From Bdellovibrionales bacterium (GTDB taxonomy: Bacteria > Bdellovibrionota > Bdellovibrionia > Bdellovibrionales > UBA1609): a stretch of DNA of 64,000 bases. Shown in pieces: positions 56,504 to 64,000 of this stretch. Position numbers and translations under genes: made by a program. The stretch's first letter is position 1, and each line of letters begins with the position of its first letter. The notes under the pieces were generated by a model. It did no database searches and was not told where the DNA came from. It saw only the letters and a program-made list of their open reading frames with translations. Location: NCBI GenBank assembly GCA_041690295.1, contig JAWLHR010000001.1, positions 1 through 64,000 of the forward strand. Reading direction: 5' to 3'.

Positions 56504-56776
56504 ATGAACAAAGCGGAACTCATTGAGAAGGTGGCCAACGAATGCGGCATCACCAAAGCACAAACCGAGAAACTGCTCGACTGCACTCTCGACACCATCA
56601 AGAAATCAGTCAAGAAAGGTGATGAAGTGAAGCTCGTCGGTTTCGGCACTTTCGTGAAAGCTAAGCGCAAAGCCCGCACCGGCCGTAATCCGCAAACCGG
56701 CAAAACAATCAAAATCCCGGCAACTTCCTTTCCTAAGTTTCGTCCGGGCGCCGAATTCAAGAATCTCGTGCGCTAA
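56504..56776 (+). CDS. hup: HU family DNA-binding protein
   Basis: MNKAELI, GFGTF, ARTGRNPQTG, PKFRPG. Confidence 0.95.
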   Translation: MNKAELIEKVANECGITKAQTEKLLDCTLDTIKKSVKKGDEVKLVGFGTFVKAKRKARTGRNPQTGKTIKIPATSFPKFRPGAEFKNLVR

Positions 56777-56803
56777 TCGCCAGGGATTCAACGTTTATAT
56801 ATG

Positions 56804-56837
56804 AAAGGACTGGCTTTATGCCGGTCCTTTTGTTTTT
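56804..56837 (+). terminator. Rho-independent terminator after hup
   Basis: AAAGGACTGGC-TTTAT-GCCGGTCCTTT followed by TGTTTTT. Confidence 0.8.
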
Positions 56838-56983
56838 CCACCGCATGACTTTTTCAATTTTTGCCTGATCTCTTTGCAGCCTGATGAAACTGGCGATTTC
56901 AAAAAATCTTTAACGCCATCTCCCGCTTATTGGCCTTGACGGAATTTTCTCGGGCGACCCTAAAGACCCACCGATAGATAAAT

Positions 56984-57826
56984 ATGCGCCAATTGTTTCA
57001 AATTGGTCTGATCGTCTCGATCTTGAATTCCGTGGCCTGCGGAGACGGCTTTCGCGGGCAACCAGGACAACCAGAAAATCCGCAAGGCGAATTGGAATTG
57101 CCCCCCGAGCCGGAAGGCCCGATTTACCTGCCACCCAACCCCAATCCCCTGCCGGGCTCTGACGGTCCGGATCCGGGAACCATGTATGATAAGGCCGAGC
57201 TGGAGCGCTGGTTTTCCAGCGATATTCCCCGAGGCCGTGACTTAACCAAAGGCGACCATTCGCTCGGCGTCCTTCCCGTACGCAATCAATTGCCGGTCAA
57301 GCGCACGGATGGTTTCAAAGCCATCATTTGCGCCGGCGCGGGATGCCCCATCAAAATGCCTTTCATCTACACAAACACTCACCTGGTGAAAGTCAAAAAT
57401 ATAATGGACGAGGCCCGAGTTAAATCCACTTGCCTCGATGACACTCCAGAATGCGAACTGATCGCGCTTAAAGCGGGTGTGGTGGCCATGGAAATGATCA
57501 TGCACGATGAAAAACTTGAGCCGCTCTCCTGGGCCGAACTGAAGGCCTATTCGGTGGATGACGGTAGTGACTTCGGTAAACGGCTGACTCAGGACTGCGT
57601 GGATCAAGCGACCAATGGAATCAGCTATCTTTACATCTTCGCCCACATGGGGTGGTTAAAACACCACAAAATCATTCACCCAGGACAAGAAAACTTGATG
57701 ATTATCCAGCCCCACTTCTTCACCCGCATCCAATCCCTAAAGGGCGCTGTACTTAAATTCGATCTTTATCATCGGGGAAGCTTTGGCATTCCGCCTTACG
57801 TCACTTGCCTGCAGAACTGTGGGTGA
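56984..57826 (+). CDS. Lipoprotein, possible Cys-His-Asp (transglutaminase/papain-like) hydrolase
   Basis: Lipobox SVAC; ICAGAGC, QDCVDQATN, QPHF, KFDL. Confidence 0.6.
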   Translation: MRQLFQIGLIVSILNSVACGDGFRGQPGQPENPQGELELPPEPEGPIYLPPNPNPLPGSDGPDPGTMYDKAELERWFSSDIPRGRDLTKGDHSLGVLPVRNQLPVKRTDGFKAIICAGAGCPIKMPFIYTNTHLVKVKNIMDEARVKSTCLDDTPECELIALKAGVVAMEMIMHDEKLEPLSWAELKAYSVDDGSDFGKRLTQDCVDQATNGISYLYIFAHMGWLKHHKIIHPGQENLMIIQPHFFTRIQSLKGAVLKFDLYHRGSFGIPPYVTCLQNCG

Positions 57827-57840
57827 ATAGACTGGTCCGC

Positions 57841-58818
57841 ATGAGCGGACCTTCTAAAATCGCCGTCTTGACCAGCGGAGGCGACGCCCCCGGAATGAAC
57901 GCGGCCATTCGTTCGGTCGTTCGCACCGCGATCACATCGAACATCGAGGTGGTTGGTGTCCTGGGCGGCTACACCGGTCTGGTGAATAATAAGCTCATCG
58001 GTCTTTCCATGAGTTCCGTGGCGAATATCATCCAACGCGGCGGTACGATTTTAAAGTCGGGACGATGCCCGGAATTTCATAAACCCGAAGCTCGCGCGCA
58101 GGCCGCACAAAATCTTAAAGCCGCCGGTGTGCAAGGTTTGATCGTGATCGGCGGCGATGGCTCTTACGCCGGCGCCCACCTGCTGGCGAAAGAACACGGC
58201 ATTGCGGTTGTGGGAGTCCCGGGAACGATTGATAACGATATCTGGGGCACCGACGAAACCATCGGCTTTGATACCGCCGTCAATACCGCACTGGAAGCCA
58301 TTGACCGCATCCGTGACACGGCCGCCAGTCATGATCGCTTGTTCATCGTGGAAGTCATGGGCCGCGATGCGGGATTTATCGCCATCGAAGTGGGTCTGGC
58401 CGGCGGAGCTGAAGAAGTTTTTATCCCTGAAAACTTCACCAACGTGGACCAAGCCATTCAATCCATCAAGCGCGGTCTCGCCCGCGGAAAAACCTCGAGT
58501 ATATTGGTGACGGCGGAGGGACAAAAAGTCGGTCGCGCCTATGATTTAGCCGAACAAATCCGGCGTAAAGCTGGCTTCGAGGCGAAGGTTTGTGTGCTGG
58601 GGCATATTCAACGGGGCGGCCCGCCCACGGCGCGGGATCGCATCCTCGCCAGTCGTTTAGGTCACGCCGCGGTCGAAGCGCTCAAACAAGGCCGCTCGAA
58701 CATCATGGTGGGCGTACAATCGGATAATCTCGTGGTTTTGAATTTCGCGGATACCATCGGCAAGAAGCGCTTGGTGCCGAAAGAGATGATCGAACTCGCG
58801 CAGCTTCTTGCCCACTAG
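57841..58818 (+). CDS. pfkA: ATP-dependent 6-phosphofructokinase
   Basis: TSGGDAPGMNAAIR, IGGDGS, PGTIDND, VEVMGR, LGHIQRGG. Confidence 0.97.
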   Translation: MSGPSKIAVLTSGGDAPGMNAAIRSVVRTAITSNIEVVGVLGGYTGLVNNKLIGLSMSSVANIIQRGGTILKSGRCPEFHKPEARAQAAQNLKAAGVQGLIVIGGDGSYAGAHLLAKEHGIAVVGVPGTIDNDIWGTDETIGFDTAVNTALEAIDRIRDTAASHDRLFIVEVMGRDAGFIAIEVGLAGGAEEVFIPENFTNVDQAIQSIKRGLARGKTSSILVTAEGQKVGRAYDLAEQIRRKAGFEAKVCVLGHIQRGGPPTARDRILASRLGHAAVEALKQGRSNIMVGVQSDNLVVLNFADTIGKKRLVPKEMIELAQLLAH

Positions 58819-58821
58819 GAT

Positions 58822-60555
58822 TTACCACTCAACGATCACAATCCCGTTCTGACCATCGACGCTCATGGCTCCGCCCATTCCGGCATTGTAGGTTTGCCGT
58901 AGCGTATCCAACGGCGCGCCGGAAACTTGAGGCGGCGACATAGTATCAAATGATCCATCGGCACCGGATACTCCGGCCGAACAACCATCTCCGGGTGTGG
59001 CGTTCACATAGGAGCCGAAACTGGAAGGAGATCCGGGCGAACCGTTCGTACCCATGGTTCCGCCCTGGCCGACGTTCACTGAAATGGTTTGGCCGGGGGT
59101 GAGCTGATTGACATACGCCATACCAGCACCGCCATTGCCTCCATTGCCCATCGACATGCAACCGCCGCCACCGCCTCCAATCACGATGACTTTAACCGAG
59201 CGCACACCGGTAGGTACGGTAAACGAGCCTGAAGTAGTGAAAACTTGAAGACCTTTGTCTGGGGGAGGCTCGGCTAAATCCACCCACTGGCCTTCTTGAT
59301 ATCCTTCAATTTTCTGGCTCGTCGTATTGTAACGAATCATTCCGTCCATTCCCGTGGGACGTTGCGCATTGGTTCCACTCGGGATCCGGATGGCATCCGT
59401 CATCATTCCCATATCCAAACTCACCATCGGCGCCATCGTGCCGATACCGATTCGCCCCATGGGATCAATCATCATGCGCTCAGTTCCATTCACTATAAAC
59501 CGCACGGGAAAATTATCGGTGGTTCCGATCATCATCGGAGAGCTAAAGGAGTTTCCATTATTTCTGATCAAATCAATCATCGGCTGGCAAATCCAGTTGC
59601 CGGAGCCCATTTCCCACCTTAATGTTTCCCCATCCCCACAGGGTGTACCTCCGGGCTGATAGGTCATGTAGCTGCCGGGAGAGTTCATGATCATGCCGTA
59701 TGTTGGGGGCGTTTGCGTGGTCGGCTCCCATTGATTTGTCCCGGAATTCCACATCAAAACCTGATCCGCGCCAGGAGCACTCGACGACACATTGAACCCC
59801 TGCAGTTGAGTCGCCGAGCCGCCACCGCCGCTCACCGTGCTCCAATTGAGATTTCCCGAACCATCCGTCGTTAAAACCTGATTGGGAGATCCCAGCGTCG
59901 GAGGCAAGGTGTACACCGCGTTCGAGCCGAGAAACGCCGGCGCACGTAACGCGACATAATTCGCGCTGGTGCTATCGCCGAATCGAATCTCTTTTTGATT
60001 GTTGAACTGAAGGAACCCGTCCAAAAACGCAGATCCCTCTTTAGTGACCAAATCCGATATCCCATATCCCTGCACCGAATCCGCCACTGTGGCGAACGGA
60101 ACCGAACTTAAAGAGAAATCCGGCGAAAGTACGGTGGATCCATTCACGGTGACGCGTAGATTCCGCGTGTGACCGGGAGAGGGCGTGTAACCGGGCGTAC
60201 AGTTCGGAGATCCAGTTCCGCGCAACACTGAACTATTGCTGAAAATGTTTCCCCAACTCAATCCGCCATCGACCGAGGATGAGGCCCGGGTGCCGGTTCC
60301 CACCTTCACGGAAAAAGCACCGGCCGGATCCAAATTCACCGACGCGTGAGTTTCTTCAAAGAGCAAACAGGATCCGGTAGGATCATAAATTTGGAATTTC
60401 AACGAAACCGGTCCCGACATCGGCGTGCCCGAGGGATCGTTCAGTAGAAAACCTTCAAAATTGAAATTGGTGGGGCCCGTATAAACCGCGAACGCCGGAA
60501 GCCCGATCAAGGCGCCCGCGATCATCATTAGCCAACGTACAAATCTCGATCCCAT
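58822..60555 (-). CDS. Secreted phage-tail-fibre-like adhesin (Bdellovibrio MAT-like) with glycine-rich C-terminal domain
   Basis: N-terminal FEGFL...LKFQIYDPTGSCLLFEETH...FSVKVG domain; fibre motifs YVALRAP, QVLTTDGSGNLNW, GRIGIGT, GMIRYNTT; tip VFTTSGSFTVPTGVRSVKVIVIGGGGGG...GIVIVEW. Confidence 0.75.
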   Translation of the reverse strand: MGSRFVRWLMMIAGALIGLPAFAVYTGPTNFNFEGFLLNDPSGTPMSGPVSLKFQIYDPTGSCLLFEETHASVNLDPAGAFSVKVGTGTRASSSVDGGLSWGNIFSNSSVLRGTGSPNCTPGYTPSPGHTRNLRVTVNGSTVLSPDFSLSSVPFATVADSVQGYGISDLVTKEGSAFLDGFLQFNNQKEIRFGDSTSANYVALRAPAFLGSNAVYTLPPTLGSPNQVLTTDGSGNLNWSTVSGGGGSATQLQGFNVSSSAPGADQVLMWNSGTNQWEPTTQTPPTYGMIMNSPGSYMTYQPGGTPCGDGETLRWEMGSGNWICQPMIDLIRNNGNSFSSPMMIGTTDNFPVRFIVNGTERMMIDPMGRIGIGTMAPMVSLDMGMMTDAIRIPSGTNAQRPTGMDGMIRYNTTSQKIEGYQEGQWVDLAEPPPDKGLQVFTTSGSFTVPTGVRSVKVIVIGGGGGGCMSMGNGGNGGAGMAYVNQLTPGQTISVNVGQGGTMGTNGSPGSPSSFGSYVNATPGDGCSAGVSGADGSFDTMSPPQVSGAPLDTLRQTYNAGMGGAMSVDGQNGIVIVEW

Positions 60556-60568
60556 GACCCTTACTCCT

Positions 60569-61252
60569 TTATTCGGTCACCAATTGAATGCCGCCGCCGC
60601 TGGCGCGACCCCTTGACGGCCGGCCCGCTCCCCCGATCAATTTGATTCCGCCACCGGTCGCGATTTGGCGACCAAGGGTCACGGAAAACCCTGGCGGGTT
60701 CTGCTGACCCGGCTGTGCCGTGCACGCCATCGGCAGGGATAACTGTTGAGCGAGGTGATTGCTTAAACCGGGAAAGTCCGCCGTGATTTCCACGACCGTG
60801 ACATCATTGGACGTGTCCACCGGGAAAGCGCTCCCAATTTTATAAATTGAAGTGAGCTGCGACGGCGGAATTATCGCCGCGAAAACCGGACACGGCAGGT
60901 CCTGTCCCGGGCTCTGCAAAAAAGCGAAGAGTTCAATTTTGCGGTCTTTACCTTTTGGAACCTGCATTTCTATCATTGCCCCCGGCTCGACAAAACCGGC
61001 GCGAAGCCCGGTGGGCGGCGCGCAGATATGAGACGGGCTCATCGTGATTCCCGGCCCGGTCACACTGACGGCATAACAGGCCTTCCGGTCACTGGGTAAC
61101 GCCGCCATGGAACCCACCCCGCCGGATTTCCGCGACATATTCGCGGCCTTCGGGACTCTGATTGTTATGGTCGAGGTTTGGCTCGCCTGTCTTTGGCAAC
61201 CTAAAGAAAAGATGGAAGCAGCAATGAAAAGAGATATCCGCCAACGTCCCAT
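60569..61252 (-). CDS. Hypothetical lipoprotein upstream of the fibre gene
   Basis: Lipobox SLGC; 13 bp from the fibre gene start. Confidence 0.7.
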   Translation of the reverse strand: MGRWRISLFIAASIFSLGCQRQASQTSTITIRVPKAANMSRKSGGVGSMAALPSDRKACYAVSVTGPGITMSPSHICAPPTGLRAGFVEPGAMIEMQVPKGKDRKIELFAFLQSPGQDLPCPVFAAIIPPSQLTSIYKIGSAFPVDTSNDVTVVEITADFPGLSNHLAQQLSLPMACTAQPGQQNPPGFSVTLGRQIATGGGIKLIGGAGRPSRGRASGGGIQLVTE

Positions 61253-61377
61253 ATGACCTTTCAATTTTCGGAATTCAGAAATATTGTTCGACATTTCCAA
61301 GGCTGAACTGAAGTCTCATTCCGGGATTGAAACAGGTTTTCCCAAAACGATGGGTTCAGCGGTCAAAATGAATCAAG

Positions 61378-61398
61378 CCCGCCGGAGGTCCCGGCGGG
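61378..61398 (-). terminator. Hairpin downstream of flgE (probable terminator)
   Basis: CCCGCCGG-N5-CCGGCGGG with weak U-tract. Confidence 0.5.
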
Positions 61399-61414
61399 TT
61401 TAAAGGTCGGAAAA

Positions 61415-62701
61415 TTATCGTTTCAAGTTGATCACTTCACCTAACAGCTCGTCGGTGGTCGTGATCGTCTTGGCATTGGCCTGGAATCCTCTCTGATTTT
61501 GGATCAGGTTCACGAATTCCAACGCCAGGTCGACGGTTGATCGCTCCAAAGACTTGGCGAAGATCTTTCCGCGTCCCGCGCGTCCAGGAGCACCCAGGGC
61601 GGGAGCACCGGAATCACGGGCTTCTTTCAAGCGGTTGTTACCGACTTTGAACATGGCCTCGGGATTTTCGAACTTGGCCAAGGCGATTTGCGCGATATCG
61701 CGGGTTTCACCGTTCGAGTAAAGCGCGGTCAAGATGCCTTCGTCATTGAAGGACAAGTTGTTGATCGTACCGGCCGCGGCACCGTCCTGCTGCCAGCTGA
61801 TCAAGTCGGACTCTTTACCGTACTGCTTGGAGCCGTCGATACCAAGACCTTTGTCGGTGGTGAGTGAATCACCAAAGTCGATCTTGATCTGTTGGTTCTG
61901 CAAAGCACCGCCCTTGAAGTTGAAGGCGGAAACGGTCTGAGTTTCAGTGTCCAGCTTGCCGTCCACCGTGAAGGTGATCGTACCCGCGCAAACCTGAGCC
62001 ATTCCATCCTCGGGAGCGCCGGTGACCTCTTTGCCGTCAACCATACCGTAGTAGTTCCAAGTGCGGTCGGCTGTCTTGACGAAGAACATATTCATCAAGT
62101 GCTTGTTACCCTGCGAATCGTAAATCTCAATACCCGTCGAGTAGTGAGAGGAGTCATAGGGGTTCTTGGGATCGAATGTTTTCAAGTTCTGAACCCGGGA
62201 ATCCAGGTTCAGGTCGAGACGAACGAGGCTTGTCGGCCGCGCGGGAACAAGAGCGCGGGGGAATCTAATGTCCCCGATCCGATTCTGAATCTTGCCGTTG
62301 TCGTCCGCCTGGAATCCCTGCACCCGCTGGAAGTCGTTGGTGATCAGGTATCCTTCTTTGTCGAACTTGAACGATCCGTCACGGGTGTATGAATCCCCAT
62401 CGGAACCTTTCAACGTGAAGTAACCGTCACCGGCGATCGCCAAGTCGGTGACTTTCTCGGTGGCGTCCACGTTACCTTGAATGAGGATCGGGTTCACCGC
62501 GCCGATCTTCACACCGCGACCGATCTGGTTACCGCCGAGGATCCCTTTCAAACTTTTAGCGACGATGTCCTGAAATTCCGCCCGTGAGGCTTTGAAACCG
62601 GTGGTGTTGGCGTTGGCGATGTTATCACCAATCACACCCAACGCTTCACCTTGTGAGGTTAAACCGGAGACACCGGTATATAGAGACGAGAGAACTCCCA
62701 T
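61415..62701 (-). CDS. flgE: Flagellar hook protein
   Basis: VIGDNIANANTTGFK, DLAIAGDGYF, YTRDGSF, LERSTVDLALEFVNLIQNQRGFQAN. Confidence 0.97.
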   Translation of the reverse strand: MGVLSSLYTGVSGLTSQGEALGVIGDNIANANTTGFKASRAEFQDIVAKSLKGILGGNQIGRGVKIGAVNPILIQGNVDATEKVTDLAIAGDGYFTLKGSDGDSYTRDGSFKFDKEGYLITNDFQRVQGFQADDNGKIQNRIGDIRFPRALVPARPTSLVRLDLNLDSRVQNLKTFDPKNPYDSSHYSTGIEIYDSQGNKHLMNMFFVKTADRTWNYYGMVDGKEVTGAPEDGMAQVCAGTITFTVDGKLDTETQTVSAFNFKGGALQNQQIKIDFGDSLTTDKGLGIDGSKQYGKESDLISWQQDGAAAGTINNLSFNDEGILTALYSNGETRDIAQIALAKFENPEAMFKVGNNRLKEARDSGAPALGAPGRAGRGKIFAKSLERSTVDLALEFVNLIQNQRGFQANAKTITTTDELLGEVINLKR

Positions 62702-62702
62702 A

Positions 62703-62779
62703 TAAGACCTCCATGTCTTACGTCCACCGGCCATCCTAGCCGATGAGAATGAAGGGCCCCCTCAATGAGGACCAGCCCT
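62703..62779 (-). promoter_or_regulatory. Structured flgE leader: three hairpins, two with GGA in the loop
   Basis: AGGGC..CCUC-AUU-GAGG..GCCCU; CAUCGGCUA-GGA-UGGCCGGUG; UAAGAC-AUGGAG-GUCUUA. Confidence 0.6.
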
Positions 62780-62788
62780 GGTTATTCT

Positions 62789-63202
62789 TTAATAAAAAAC
62801 CGCGGCGTCGATGTTGGTGAAGACGTTCTCCTTGAGCGCCGTCTTATCCATCACCGTCACAACTGTTTTATCTTTCAAACTCACTATCAATGCCGACTGA
62901 TCGCCCAACAGCAGGCAATCTTTGGCGCCTTTCGCATCCGCTTTCGCCACGGCTTGGCCGATCCTGGCCAGGTCATCCGGCGAAAAACGAATACCCCGCG
63001 ACCGCATCCGGTCCACGGCGTGATTGGAAAATTTCAATCCGGCTGGGGACTGCGCACCTCCCTTTATGGCGTCCGGTTTGGACGGCAGAATTGAATTCAG
63101 CGTTCGGCTGAATTCACCCGCCTCACCCGGGATTGACCCGTTTTGAGGTCGGATTAGCTCGCCGCCGATTGGCCGAATGCCATTGAAGTTCACGCTCTTC
63201 AT
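62789..63202 (-). CDS. Flagellar operon protein (TIGR02530 family)
   Basis: LKFSNHAVDRMRSRGI...KGAKDCL...TVVTVMD...ENVFTNIDAAV; lies between flgD and flgE. Confidence 0.9.
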   Translation of the reverse strand: MKSVNFNGIRPIGGELIRPQNGSIPGEAGEFSRTLNSILPSKPDAIKGGAQSPAGLKFSNHAVDRMRSRGIRFSPDDLARIGQAVAKADAKGAKDCLLLGDQSALIVSLKDKTVVTVMDKTALKENVFTNIDAAVFY

Positions 63203-64000
63203 CAGCCCATCCCCGCTTTCGCGCCGGCTTTGTTCAGCTGATTGATCAAACCCTGGGCCATGGCGGCGTCATTCAAATTTCCAGACTTCAACTTCGCGGC
63301 TTTGTCGGCGTTGGCTTTCGTTTCCGGTTTCACCGTGACTTTCTTAGAGTCCGCTTCGGGTTCGGATTTAGCCGCGAAAACCGGACCGCTCTCCGCGATA
63401 TTCGGATCGCTGATGGACTTCACATCCGACAGATTCACCACTTGTTTGCCGATAAGAAGCTGCGGACCCTTGGCGGTGAAATTCACGCCGGAAATCACGC
63501 CCTCGGTTTTTGTTTCAACAAAGAGTTTGCGGCCGTTGCTGCCCAACGCCTCAATTGAAGCCGTGTATTCGCCGGCGGGAGCGGGACGACCGTCTTCCAT
63601 CATGCCGTTCCAACTGATTTCGTTTTTGCCGGACTTCAAGTTTCTCACTTCCAGTTTCCGGACCACGGCGCCATTGGCGTCCTTGATTTCCATGGTCACT
63701 TTCTGAGCGTCACGCGCCAAATTGAAGCGGACGTCGTGGCGATCGTCCTCTCCCGTTCGGGTGATCTTGCTGTTGTCCGTGGTGATGGACTTACCGATGA
63801 ACGACAGCGCCTGGAAGTTATGATCCGGGCGCTGATCCTTGCGCAATCCCTCAATGGAGTCATTGATGTTGTGCAATTTCTCCAACGAAGTGAACTGGGC
63901 CAACTGCGCCGCCATTTCATGGCTTTTCAGCGGATTGGTGGGGTCCTGATTCTTCATCTGCGTGAGCAGCAGATTCATGAACGCGTCTTTGTCCAACTGG
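63202..64000 (-). CDS. flgD: Flagellar hook assembly protein FlgD (5' end outside window)
   Basis: KDAFMNLLLTQMKNQDPTNP, AQLAQFTSLE, FlgD Ig-like WNG...PAGEY. Confidence 0.95.
   Translation of the reverse strand, partial: QLDKDAFMNLLLTQMKNQDPTNPLKSHEMAAQLAQFTSLEKLHNINDSIEGLRKDQRPDHNFQALSFIGKSITTDNSKITRTGEDDRHDVRFNLARDAQKVTMEIKDANGAVVRKLEVRNLKSGKNEISWNGMMEDGRPAPAGEYTASIEALGSNGRKLFVETKTEGVISGVNFTAKGPQLLIGKQVVNLSDVKSISDPNIAESGPVFAAKSEPEADSKKVTVKPETKANADKAAKLKSGNLNDAAMAQGLINQLNKAGAKAGMG

Noticed and set aside
58822..60555. Prophage remnant suggested by the tail-fibre-like gene
   Set aside because: It has a Sec signal peptide and no neighbouring phage genes; fits host fibre adhesins.

Overview
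Chromosomal segment of a Bdellovibrio-like predatory bacterium (Bdellovibrionota; inferred from gene content and order, not from a database search). Left to right it holds: gcvT-gcvH and folD; a Tad/Flp pilus locus split into two blocks; aspS; an RpoH-like sigma factor converging on the fliL-fliM-fliN-fliO-fliP-fliQ-fliR-flhB-flhA-flhF-flhG-fliA operon; suhB, a SPOR protein, uvrD/pcrA and a KamA radical SAM gene; an orphan groES with a histone-like tail, two DUF507 genes and a class A PBP; a CHASE2 kinase with a sigma54 activator; ileS-lspA-lgt; yacG, HU and pfkA; a fibre adhesin; and flgD-flgE. Many secreted or lipoprotein hypotheticals are interspersed. No rRNA, tRNA or CRISPR array was seen. 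Most notable observations: (1) an HNH endonuclease gene enclosed by two inverted REP-like hairpins with a compensatory base change, a candidate novel mobile element; (2) a shared multi-box sigma54 promoter module in front of both Tad blocks; (3) a three-hairpin flgE leader with GGA loops, resembling a CsrA target; (4) many housekeeping genes that appear leaderless; (5) a 13-bp hairpin burying the kamA ribosome-binding site; (6) a candidate L,D-peptidase effector/immunity pair and a Met-rich fibre protein. All calls come from reading the sequence by eye.
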